Virus record (IMG/VR): IMGVR_UViG_3300036845_000721
Span: 67,445 to 131,444 of that record
Length of the DNA stretch: 64,000 nucleotides
From: a virus
Reading direction: 5' to 3' (one strand)
How positions within the stretch are numbered: the stretch's first letter is position 1; each line of letters starts with the position of its first letter. This document shows, piece after piece, positions 9,970-18,158 of the stretch. The notes under the pieces were generated by a model, which did no database searches, was not told the origin of the DNA, and saw only the letters and a list, made by a program, of their open reading frames with translations. The position numbers and the translations under genes were made by a program.

Positions 9970-10022
9970 GATCGTTTGTCTCCTGATCGTGGTCGTCAGT
10001 GTTCCGGAGTGCAGGATTGCAC

Positions 10023-10613
10023 TCAGCCGGGGTAGGGGTCGCGGAGAACAGCCTGGATGTGCGGCGGGAGCAGCCCGATGACGATGTTGGCGGCGTCGGT
10101 TCCGGTCAGCCCGGACTCGCCCTCAAGCAGCAGATCCAGTGATGCGCTGTAGCCGGCGTTGCGCAGCCGCGTTTCGAGAGTGACCGGCTGCCAGTCACCT
10201 TGCAGCGTCTCGCCGTCCGGGTTTTCCGCGTACTCGAACCGGGTCAGGTCCACCGCGTACAGCATGTTGTCGTACTCGGGGCACTCCAGCGCGACGTTCG
10301 CGTCCGCGACGTGCTGCTCCGTCAGCTCGCCGAACCATGCCCACAGCTCGCCGTCATCGTTGTTGGCCGCCTGCCAGACGTGCTCGGCGCGGGCGAACCA
10401 GCGCAGCGGCGGCACCATCGCGTTGGACGTCACCCACGCGATCGGGTCATCGCCCGACGTGCGCGCGGCCACGATGATCTGGTCGGCCACGTCCTGCGCG
10501 AGACGCCGGACCGTGCCGCGCCCCACGGTGACGGGCAGCTCGATCGCGTCGCCGTAACGACCGCCGGGAACGCCTATCGCGCCGTTCCGCGTGGTCGTGT
10601 ATGCCTCGGTCAT
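10023..10613 (-). CDS. Hypothetical protein
   Basis: ORF with AGGAGAACGATC upstream. Confidence 0.75.
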   Translation of the reverse strand: MTEAYTTTRNGAIGVPGGRYGDAIELPVTVGRGTVRRLAQDVADQIIVAARTSGDDPIAWVTSNAMVPPLRWFARAEHVWQAANNDDGELWAWFGELTEQHVADANVALECPEYDNMLYAVDLTRFEYAENPDGETLQGDWQPVTLETRLRNAGYSASLDLLLEGESGLTGTDAANIVIGLLPPHIQAVLRDPYPG

Positions 10614-10632
10614 GATCGTTCTCCTATTCCGC

Positions 10633-10767
10633 CTAGCCGCGCGGGTCGCGGTCTAGCTGGCTGATAATCTCGCGCTCGTCTCGCTCGGCACACTGCCGGC
10701 GGGAGATACCCGGATCGCACGTGCACGGCTGGTCCGCGCTGTCCGGCCGGTAGCTGGGGGTTTGCAT
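10633..10767 (-). CDS. Small hypothetical protein (44 aa, MQTPSYRP...)
   Basis: Translated by hand, GGAGG RBS overlapping operator B. Confidence 0.45.
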   Translation of the reverse strand: MQTPSYRPDSADQPCTCDPGISRRQCAERDEREIISQLDRDPRG

Positions 10768-10793
10768 GATCGATCCTCCGATCGGTCGGAATG

Positions 10794-11039
10794 TCAGTGA
10801 ACGTAGGCACCGCGATCGGTGCAGGTGAACGTGTCGCCGTCGGGCAGCGTCACCGAATCGCCCGGCTGCAATGCCGCGTGCCAGGTGCCGGTGATCACGG
10901 TGCCGGTATAGACCGGCTGGCTCGCCTGGCAGGTGACCGCCGGCGCGTAGTGGTGCGTCAGCCGCAGCGCCGCCACTTCGGCCTGGACCAGCAGCGCGAA
11001 CGCCAGCAGAATCCAGCCGGTTCGCTCCCGCCAGCCCAT
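10794..11039 (-). CDS. Small secreted or membrane protein
   Basis: Signal/TM segment, TGATG coupling. Confidence 0.6.
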   Translation of the reverse strand: MGWRERTGWILLAFALLVQAEVAALRLTHHYAPAVTCQASQPVYTGTVITGTWHAALQPGDSVTLPDGDTFTCTDRGAYVH

Positions 11040-11215
11040 CAGGCCGCTTCCTTGCGCCACGCCGCGCGCTCGGCCGCGGACGGGGAGTCCGGCCTGCCAG
11101 GCCGGTGTGGTGGCCTGGTCAGGTCGATCTTGGGCTGGTGATCGAACATCGCCTCGAACAGCGCTTGCGCGGCCAGCGCGCCGGCTGTCGGGGTGTCTTG
11201 CTCGCGGGTGGTCAT
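11039..11215 (-). CDS. Small hypothetical protein (58 aa, MTTREQD...)
   Basis: Translated by hand, RBS motif and operator A upstream. Confidence 0.55.
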   Translation of the reverse strand: MTTREQDTPTAGALAAQALFEAMFDHQPKIDLTRPPHRPGRPDSPSAAERAAWRKEAA

Positions 11216-11261
11216 GATCGTGTCTCCTGATCGTGATGCGGAGTGCAGGACTGCACTCGGG

Positions 11262-11504
11262 TTACGGGCAGGCCCGGTCCATGCCGGGCAGGTGCGACTG
11301 CCAGTGCCCGTGGATGTGGCGGACGTAGGTCTCGCACACCGTCATCTGGCGCGGCAGGCCGTGGATGAACGACTGCACCAGCGCCACGGTGCCGGCGCGG
11401 TCCAGCCCGATGCGGAACTGGTAGTAGCTGACCAGCGCGGCGCGGAGGTTCCGCTGGTGCGCGAACATGCACAGCAGGTGATTGATGAGATGGGCCATGG
11501 TCAT
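11262..11504 (-). CDS. Small hypothetical protein
   Basis: Start at 11504 following operator B and GGAG. Confidence 0.5.
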   Translation of the reverse strand: MTMAHLINHLLCMFAHQRNLRAALVSYYQFRIGLDRAGTVALVQSFIHGLPRQMTVCETYVRHIHGHWQSHLPGMDRACP

Positions 11505-11671
11505 TTCTCCGATCGGTCGGAAATCAGGTCCCGTATCCACGGGAACTGCCGGATGAACTCGCGCCATTCGGGGGACTTATCCCGCCAGGCCGGCCAGCAT
11601 GACGCGCAGATGTTGCCGCTGGCTGCCTCGTAGACGTGGCCGCATAGCCGGCACGCACGCTTGGATTTCAC
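11501..11671 (-). CDS. Small Zn-ribbon protein (CRLC...CASC)
   Basis: GTG start, four Cys, coupled stop. Confidence 0.5.
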   Translation of the reverse strand: MKSKRACRLCGHVYEAASGNICASCWPAWRDKSPEWREFIRQFPWIRDLISDRSEK

Positions 11672-11747
11672 TGGGTCACCCCCGTCTGGGATAGGTCCTG
11701 CGCGGCCCGCAGCGCCACGGAGAGGCGCGAACACGGGCCAGCGGGTG

Positions 11748-11921
11748 TTACCAGGTAGGCCGGCTCTCGGCGCGCCGTACGGCCAGCTCTGCGCGGATCG
11801 CGCGGACGGCCGGCGGTGACGCGAGCCGCAAGTCCAGCCCGCGGAGTACGTCGGTGCGGACATCGTCCAGCCGGATCGCCGTCCACACGGGCCGCGATTC
11901 CTGGCGCATGGTTGCGTACAT
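11748..11921 (-). CDS. Small hypothetical protein (57 aa, MYATMRQ...)
   Basis: Translated by hand, exact RBS motif upstream. Confidence 0.55.
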   Translation of the reverse strand: MYATMRQESRPVWTAIRLDDVRTDVLRGLDLRLASPPAVRAIRAELAVRRAESRPTW

Positions 11922-12038
11922 GGTTGCTGTCTCCTGATCGTGTTAGTTCCGTCAGTGTCGTGTTTCTGGGCGATTGCCGCAGCGCGCCGCCGGAGTGCAG
12001 AACTGCACTCGGCCGCGCGCCACGGGTGACGTCCAGCT

Positions 12039-12680
12039 TCAGCTGACGGCCGCCAGCTCGCCAAGGGCACCGTCGCGCGAGGCACGCTGGCGGCGCGGGC
12101 GCTTGACGGCCGCCTTGATCTGCGCGTCCATCTCGGCCCTGATCTTGGCGACCTTGGCCTCGGCCGCGGTCACCTCGCCCTGGAGGCGCAGCAGGTTGGC
12201 CTCGGCCTTGGCCAGCTGCGTCGGCAGGTCATCCTCGCCGGCGCCGTCCGCGTCGTCCGCGCCGTCGCCGTCGCCCTCGCCGTCGCCCTCGCCGGCCGGC
12301 TTGCGGGACTGCACGATCGCACGCGCGGCGGCCGTGGTCATCGCTTCCTGCACCAGCTCGAACCGGTCATCCTCACGGCCGAGGATCTGGTGCACCGTCC
12401 AGGATGCGACGCCGCGCTGGTCTGCCGGGTACTGCTCGGCGACCTTGCGGAAGTCGTACAGGGACTTGCCGGGGACGTCCAGGTCAGCGGCGAACCGCTC
12501 GATCGTGCTGGCACCGTAGGTCGTGGCGACCTTGAGCGCCAGGTCACCGAGGACCCAGTTGAACTTGTACTGCGACGCGATGGCGGCGCGGCCCTGCCGG
12601 ACGGCGGTGTTGTACCGGGCCGGGCTGTCTTCCACGGCCACGACGGTCTTGACGGGGGTCTTACCGGACTTGCTTGCCAT
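12039..12680 (-). CDS. Putative DNA-binding protein (HTH-like core FAADLDVPGKSLYDFRKVA, acidic linker, C-terminal coiled coil)
   Basis: Start re-called at MASKSG after the RBS motif; function is inferred. Confidence 0.6.
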   Translation of the reverse strand: MASKSGKTPVKTVVAVEDSPARYNTAVRQGRAAIASQYKFNWVLGDLALKVATTYGASTIERFAADLDVPGKSLYDFRKVAEQYPADQRGVASWTVHQILGREDDRFELVQEAMTTAAARAIVQSRKPAGEGDGEGDGDGADDADGAGEDDLPTQLAKAEANLLRLQGEVTAAEAKVAKIRAEMDAQIKAAVKRPRRQRASRDGALGELAAVS

Positions 12681-12820
12681 GATGTCTGTCTCCTGATCAG
12701 TTACCTGGCGGGTTGCCGAGTGCAGAACTGCACTCGGCGGTGCCGTCGTCTCGCGGCACTCACGGGCCGGCAATGTTCCGGTCGATCGGAGCATCGCCGG
12801 CCCGTCAGCGGGCGGGAACG

Positions 12821-13123
12821 TTACCGGCCGGCCGTCCAGTCGGTGTCGGTGTAGGCGCAGAAGTCGGACGGCACTGCGGCCCGGTCGGCTAGCCGTCGCA
12901 GGATGCGCGCGGCGTGGCGCGGCTCAGTCGCTGCGATGCGCGCGGCATAGGCACGCTGCGCGGTCTCGGTGTCCGGGCGCGGAGGGATGTGCAGCCGCGC
13001 GCAGTCCAGCGCGCCGGCGCCGCTGTGCGGCATGCCGTGGTCGGGGCTGTCGCAGCACTGGCGGACGTAGGCGAACGGCCGCTCGGCCGGCTCAGCTTTG
13101 GGCTGGCGGTGCGTGTCACTCAT
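12821..13123 (-). CDS. Hypothetical protein
   Basis: ORF with variant RBS motif and operator A upstream. Confidence 0.6.
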   Translation of the reverse strand: MSDTHRQPKAEPAERPFAYVRQCCDSPDHGMPHSGAGALDCARLHIPPRPDTETAQRAYAARIAATEPRHAARILRRLADRAAVPSDFCAYTDTDWTAGR

Positions 13124-13169
13124 GATCATGTCTCCCGATCTTGCGGCGGAGTGCAGAACTGCACTCCGG

Positions 13170-13328
13170 TCAGCTAGCGGTTAGGGTGTCTGCGGCGACG
13201 TCGAACAGCGTCCGGGTACCGGGCACGATAAGCGGACCGGTCGGTACGTCACCCGCGATCACCCGCGCGCCCGTGCGCTCATACAGGCAGCGTCCGCACA
13301 TCTGCGTGCGCGTGCAGTTGCAGGTCAT
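13170..13328 (-). CDS. Small Cys-rich protein (CNC...CGRC)
   Basis: ATGA coupling. Confidence 0.5.
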   Translation of the reverse strand: MTCNCTRTQMCGRCLYERTGARVIAGDVPTGPLIVPGTRTLFDVAADTLTAS

Positions 13329-13528
13329 GACCGGCCACTCCGCTCGATGATCGCGGCCCATCCGGCCAGCGATCGGTCGCTGTCGCGGTCGGCCGCGATG
13401 CCGGCGGCGGGCAGGCTGGTCTCGCCTAGCACAGCACCGCATCGCGGGCAGGCGGACAGTGCCAGGTCGGGGGACGTGAATCCGCATCCGTCGCAGATCA
13501 CGATGGGTTTGCGGGTAGTGCGTGCCAT
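13325..13528 (-). CDS. Zn-ribbon protein (CDGC...CPRC)
   Basis: Two CxxC pairs, operator A upstream. Confidence 0.6.
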   Translation of the reverse strand: MARTTRKPIVICDGCGFTSPDLALSACPRCGAVLGETSLPAAGIAADRDSDRSLAGWAAIIERSGRS

Positions 13529-13567
13529 GATCGTGCCTCTCAGTTGGAGTGCAGGATTGCACTCGGG

Positions 13568-14071
13568 TCAGTTGTCGCCTAGCCATACCGGCTGGCGGCG
13601 GACGATTGCGACCGCGCCAAGCCCGTGCAGGACCGAACGATCGGCCATGGCCGGCCGCCGCAATCCCTCGGATTCGCCGGCCAGCCGTTGCCGTACCTCC
13701 ATGCCGGCCACAGCGCGAACGCCGGTCGCTACCCGCGCGATGCGCGGTGCGGACACGTGCGTGAGCGATTCGCTGGCATACTCGGCCGATTCGGCGCGCC
13801 GGCGGACACCTCCGCCACCCATCCGCGCGGTGCCCATTGTGTTGCCGCGCGCCGTGCGGGTAACCGCGCGGCCGTCACGGTCAGTTTGGGTGACCGTGCG
13901 GCGCGGTGCGCCGGCTACCCGCCGGCCGGCCGTCGGATCGGTCCGCGCGTTGCTGCCCGTGCGGCCGGCCGTGCCGTACGTGCCCGACCGCAGTGCCGGC
14001 GGAGGTGACTTAGGCGACAGTGCAGCGCGCGACACGGTGCCTAGCTTGGCTTGCTTGTGTCGTGATCCCAT
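13568..14071 (-). CDS. Basic Arg/Gly/Ala-rich hypothetical protein
   Basis: Start at MGSRHK downstream of operator B; low complexity. Confidence 0.45.
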   Translation of the reverse strand: MGSRHKQAKLGTVSRAALSPKSPPPALRSGTYGTAGRTGSNARTDPTAGRRVAGAPRRTVTQTDRDGRAVTRTARGNTMGTARMGGGGVRRRAESAEYASESLTHVSAPRIARVATGVRAVAGMEVRQRLAGESEGLRRPAMADRSVLHGLGAVAIVRRQPVWLGDN

Positions 14072-14189
14072 GGCGGGAATCTCCGATCGGTCGGAATGTC
14101 GGTGCCCCGTTAGGCACTCACTGACCAGCCCGCGCGGGGATGCTACGGGCTGGACAGTCAATGAACGGTGCGGGATCGGTGCGGGTAGC

Positions 14190-14756
14190 TCACGCGACCT
14201 TCAGGCCGGCCGCGTTGCGGCTGCGCAGGATCGATCCGATGTACGCGGAGATGTCTTCCAGCTGCCCGCTGGTCAGCGCGTCCAGCTCACGGTGCAGGAC
14301 CGCGATGCGCGCGGCATCGGCCGGCTTGACGGTGGTCACGTTGTCCGTGCCGCCGGCAGGCTTGGCGGCAGGCTTGGCGGCCGGCGCGCGCTTGACGGTT
14401 TTGCCGGCCTTCTCGGCATCGGTCTTGACGGTCCGCACACTGGCCTTGACCACTTGCGCAACCTCGCCGTATTCCATGCCGGCTTCCCTGAACAGCTCCA
14501 CCAGGAACGTACGCGCGGCGGTATCGGGCTTGAATCCGTCCGAGTGCAGTTCTGCACTCACGTACTCTGACCAGGTCTCGTAACCCATGAGGTAGTGAAC
14601 CTGCTGGGCGTACGCGGTAACGATCATCGCGCCGAGCGTTTCGATCGCGTTGCCGGCGGTCGTGATCTGCGCATTGATTGCCGCAGTCACGCGCGGACCG
14701 TATTCCTCATTGTTCGCGTAGCGGAAGTTGTGCGGGTAGGTCGTGGTCTCACTCAT
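14190..14756 (-). CDS. HTH DNA-binding protein, first gene of the leftward operon and candidate operator-binding regulator
   Basis: MGYETWSEY...EAGMEYGEVAQVVKASVRTVKTD HTH pattern; Lys/Ala/Pro-rich linker. Confidence 0.65.
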   Translation of the reverse strand: MSETTTYPHNFRYANNEEYGPRVTAAINAQITTAGNAIETLGAMIVTAYAQQVHYLMGYETWSEYVSAELHSDGFKPDTAARTFLVELFREAGMEYGEVAQVVKASVRTVKTDAEKAGKTVKRAPAAKPAAKPAGGTDNVTTVKPADAARIAVLHRELDALTSGQLEDISAYIGSILRSRNAAGLKVA

Positions 14757-15454
14757 GATGACTCCCATGGTTTGGGGGGTTCCAAGTGCAGATTTGCACT
14801 TGGCGCGCGGGCCAGCCGGAGTCTGATTCCGTTGCCTACGTCCATAGGTCGCGCGGTTACGTTAGGCAATCCGCCATACCGCCGCTAGGCGATACCGATT
14901 GCAGCCCGTAGCCTGTATGCGACTGTCGCGTATCCATTGGCTGGCCCAATTGCTTAGGGGACACGCGCGGCGGTTTGCTAATCCGTCCGCATGCCGTGAC
15001 CTCATATCGCACTACGCGCGATAGCGGAGGATTTCACCAGGTAACCGATAGGGGACGACCGGGTCGTGGCAAAGAGGCATGCGCGCATTCCGCACCCTTG
15101 CAATGCTCGCCAGTCACGCTAACGGCTTGGTGTCGTCACTCTGGAGTTTTCAAGTTGCGGTGCCGGCTGGTGGCCGGCTTGCTCTCACCCTCCGGGCGGA
15201 GGGCTTGCCCGTAGCCTAATGGCAATTTGGCAATATGGCAACCTGGTAAGCCGAAAACAGGCCTTATTTCATGATCAACATGCCCTCTGACCTGGCATTA
15301 TAACAGGTTGATAACGGTCTTGAGACTAGGGGCAGAATGTCCGATATGTCCGGTTTAACGAGTGCAGATCTGCACTCGGAGATGCCTTATCGGAGCCATC
15401 CTCCGGTTAAGTTTTCGCTGGTCACAGCATCGCGCTTTTACCAGGTAGCCGGCT

Positions 15455-15600
15455 CCCACGGTCGGAGGTGGCCCACGGTCGGAGGTGGCCCACGGTCGGA
15501 GGTGGCCCACGGTCGGAGGTGGCCCACGGTCGGAGGTGGCCCACGGTCGGAGGTGGCCCACGGTCGGAGGTGGCCCACGGTCGGAGGTGGCCCACGGTCG
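15455..15600. repeat. Tandem array of 17-bp unit CCCACGGTCGGAGGTGG, 8 full copies plus a 10-nt partial
   Basis: Units start at 15455, 15472, 15489, 15506, 15523, 15540, 15557, 15574, 15591. Confidence 0.95.
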
Positions 15601-15625
15601 TTAGCATGGCTCACAGCTGCCCGGT

Positions 15626-15704
15626 AACTATCTTCCACGGCATGCACTTGGCATAGGGTGGCTTACCGTGGGATGGAACTATCTTCCACGGCATGCACTT
15701 GGCA
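15626..15704. repeat. 28-bp direct repeat AACTATCTTCCACGGCATGCACTTGGCA x2
   Basis: Copies at 15626-15653 and 15677-15704. Confidence 0.9.
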
Positions 15705-16189
15705 GGTAACTCGTTAGCAGCAGAGCGCAGAAATCGAACACAGATCCGCCACATTTTTGTTCGATTTTTTGGTGCGCACCTCCCAGGATGCCCGCTTCAC
15801 GCGATTCTCCCCCCGAACACGATTACCCAAAGGGCGAGGTCATCGAACGATTTGTCGAAATATGGCTTTGACCTGCAAGGGAATAAAGAAATGCCTGGTG
15901 GCGCTATACCTGGTCACGCGTCGCCAATGCCGTGAACTGTCCGGCAGGCAGGCAACGGTCGGAGACCATTTTCGAGTAGATGTTCGATAGGGTTGGCTGG
16001 AACGACCAGAAACGGCCGGAGACCGCCGCCGGCGCCGCACCCGGAGATAGCTTCCGCGGAATGGATCCCGCGTGACCGCGAGGGGTGTAAGTATGTTCCG
16101 CGGAATGCACGTGGCAGCGGTTCGTGCCCGGATCGTTCACACTCGCAACGACTCTGTGACCGGGACCCGTGACTGTGACGTCGCTTTTC

Positions 16190-16306
16190 AGTGTGACTTT
16201 GTGATCGTCGCAGGCAGCGGCCCGGGTGTGACCGGGGTGTGATTTTGAGGCCCGGACCCCGGATCACACCTCGGATCACACTCCCGGTCACACCCCGATC
16301 ACACCC
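16190..16306. repeat. Clustered GTGTGA / TCACAC repeats in inverted arrangement
   Basis: GTGTGA at about 16191, 16226, 16237; TCACAC at about 16264, 16276, 16288, 16299. Confidence 0.7.
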
Positions 16307-16328
16307 CCTGACCTGGGGTTTCCCCGCC

Positions 16329-17476
16329 GGAACAGAATAGGTGTCATAATGGTTATGTGGCAACGAGGCAACCAGCAGGCAAGCGCGAACAGCTGGGCAG
16401 CAGGCTGTGTGCTGGGGACGGCTGCCTAGCTCGGGTACCTTACGCAGGCCGGGGAAGGCCTCGGTACTGCGATGCGTGCCGTCGGGAAAAACTCCGGGAG
16501 CAATGGAACCGATCAGGGCGCGATAGATATGCTCGCGGGTACAGGAAACCGAGGCAGAGTCGCTTGTGCAGCGGCGGCTGCGGGCGCCGGGTTAACTACC
16601 GGCCGGAGCGGGGTTCGCGAGAGCAGCCGGTATGTCGGGATTGCCGTAAAAGGGCTCGTCAGCACGTCTGCGAGCAGTGCGGAGCGCCCTTCGAGGCGTT
16701 CGGTAAGCCGCGCCCCGGGAAGTCTCACAAGTTCTGTTCGGATTGCCGTGCTGTTGCTCGCCGACGGCGAGGAAATAGCCGGTCTTCATCCAAGGTGTCA
16801 TCGCGGGCCAGGAAGCTGCGGCATACTCTGACCTGGGATTTCGTAACGGATGAGCAGATCTTCGAGCGTGATGAGGGGGTCTGCCGGGTGCCGGAATGCG
16901 ACCTGGGGCCGATCCGGTTTAACTTGAAATGCCCGCACCCGCTTAGTCCGACGATCGATCACATCATCCCGCTGAGCAGAGGCGGAACGGACACCGCACC
17001 GAATAAGCGCTCTGCGCACTGGCTCTGCAATGTCCGGCGCGGGAACCGGATGCACCCAGATGACTTGCAAGTACTCTCTCCCGAGCTGGCCCCGCTAGGG
17101 CTGTTGCCTGAGCGGAGGCAGCCAAAGCCGCCGGAGTGGTGCGCGAAATGCGGAAAATCCCAGGTCAAGCGTTCAGGAGCTGTTTGCACGAGCTGCGCGT
17201 CAGCCACCCGGGCCGAGCGGCAGGACAGGATTCTGGCATGTCGCGGGGCTGGGATGAAGTGGGCAGATATAGCCGTCCGGTTCGGGCTGAGCAGCGCCGG
17301 CGCAGCGTACAACGTCGCATACGGCCTGGGAGTTCACCGCTGTAGGTATTGCGGGTACCTGGTACCACCCCGTCATGCCTGCGTCACACCCTCCGTCACA
17401 CCTGCGTCACACCCCTGGCCTGCGGTTTCCCTGCCGGGAACAGAATCGGTGTCATAATGGTTATGTGGCAACGAGG
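16329..17476 (+). mobile_element. HNH endonuclease cassette bounded by a 40-bp near-perfect direct repeat
   Basis: GGAACAGAAT(A/C)GGTGTCATAATGGTTATGTGGCAACGAGG at 16329-16368 and 17437-17476, 39/40 identical. Confidence 0.65.
16357..17457 (+). CDS. HNH endonuclease with multiple Zn-finger (CxxC) modules
   Basis: TIDHIIPLSRGG...N..SAHWLCNVRRGN HNH motif; many CxxC pairs. Confidence 0.85.
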   Translation: MATRQPAGKREQLGSRLCAGDGCLARVPYAGRGRPRYCDACRREKLREQWNRSGRDRYARGYRKPRQSRLCSGGCGRRVNYRPERGSREQPVCRDCRKRARQHVCEQCGAPFEAFGKPRPGKSHKFCSDCRAVARRRRGNSRSSSKVSSRARKLRHTLTWDFVTDEQIFERDEGVCRVPECDLGPIRFNLKCPHPLSPTIDHIIPLSRGGTDTAPNKRSAHWLCNVRRGNRMHPDDLQVLSPELAPLGLLPERRQPKPPEWCAKCGKSQVKRSGAVCTSCASATRAERQDRILACRGAGMKWADIAVRFGLSSAGAAYNVAYGLGVHRCRYCGYLVPPRHACVTPSVTPASHPWPAVSLPGTESVS

Positions 17477-17499
17477 TAATCGGCAGGGAGGAGAGACCG

Positions 17500-17709
17500 A
17501 TGGCGAACAAGGCAGGAGTCAAGGGCGAGCTCGTCGTGGACGAGCGCGGCCGGGCCAGCCTGGCGAGGGTGCGGTCCCGGAACGACATCACCCGGTACGA
17601 GGTGGAGGAGTTCCCGGGCGGGGTCCTGGTGCTCATCCCGATCGTGAGCGTGCGCGAGTCCGACCTGCCCGCGGACGTGCGCGCCAAGCTGCGCAAGGAA
17701 GACCGCTGA
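17500..17709 (+). CDS. AbrB/SpoVT-like small DNA-binding protein
   Basis: VVDERGRASL...Y.VEE..GGVLVLIP swapped-hairpin pattern; GGAG RBS. Confidence 0.55.
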   Translation: MANKAGVKGELVVDERGRASLARVRSRNDITRYEVEEFPGGVLVLIPIVSVRESDLPADVRAKLRKEDR

Positions 17710-17734
17710 GCTGGGGAAACGCGGGCGTGACAGG

Positions 17735-18025
17735 ATGGTGCCCATGACCCGCATGGACGTCACCATCCACGACACCGACAGCACCACGGAGATCGCGCGG
17801 AAGCTGAGCGAGGCGCTGAACTGGGCGCACGAGCTCCGCGGCGCGGCCATGGTCTGGTACCGCGGCGAGCAGGTCGCCATGATCGTGCCGCCGAACGCCG
17901 GGCTGGCCTGGGCGCATGCCGAGGAGGCCGCCCGGCTGAGCGATATCGCGACCGCGGCGTCCGGGATCGCGCCATCCGGGATGCCCGCCCAGTCCCTGCC
18001 CAGGCTGCGGCCGGACCGCTTCTGA
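17735..18025 (+). CDS. Hypothetical protein
   Basis: ORF with coding-like composition. Confidence 0.6.
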   Translation: MVPMTRMDVTIHDTDSTTEIARKLSEALNWAHELRGAAMVWYRGEQVAMIVPPNAGLAWAHAEEAARLSDIATAASGIAPSGMPAQSLPRLRPDRF

Positions 18026-18158
18026 GCTGCGCTGCCAGCCGCTGCCGCTCGCCCGCCGCGCGGCGCTGAGCAGGCACTTCCGGTAATCCGCCGCGGAGCC
18101 AGGCCCTGGCCCGTTACGATGGTCCGGCCGGGGATCGCCCGGCGGCTCGGAGGAAACC

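Larger units (their letters stand above)
943..12698 (-). promoter_or_regulatory. Start-associated sequence or extended RBS GATCAGGAGA, 12 exact copies
   Basis: TCTCCTGATC on + at 943, 2067, 3688, 5320, 6109, 6331, 6886, 8096, 9979, 11223, 11930, 12689; a plus-strand copy at 26152. Confidence 0.85.
2083..14096. promoter_or_regulatory. Operator family B: palindrome YTCCG-N6-CGGAR, 8 copies here plus one at 56215
   Basis: Copies start at 2083, 5350, 6907, 9028, 10776, 11507, 12776, 14081, 56215; nearly all sit just upstream of a minus-strand start. Confidence 0.8.
966..15377. promoter_or_regulatory. Operator family A: palindrome GAGTGCA-N4-TGCACTC, 11 copies
   Basis: Copies start at 966, 8115, 10007, 11241, 11993, 12718, 13149, 13547, 14542 (intragenic), 14784 (AAGTGCA variant), 15360. 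Confidence 0.85.

Noticed and set aside
15280-15320. AT-rich stretch resembling a dif/Xer recombination site
   Set aside because: It lacks the ATAA-N6-TTAT arm arrangement and no recombinase is in the window; it is better treated as a possible promoter.
15337-15656. Five overlapping ORFs with repeating peptides, and the possibility that the 17-bp array is a CRISPR
   Set aside because: The ORFs are by-products of a stop-free 17-bp tandem repeat. The units abut with no spacers and no cas genes are present.
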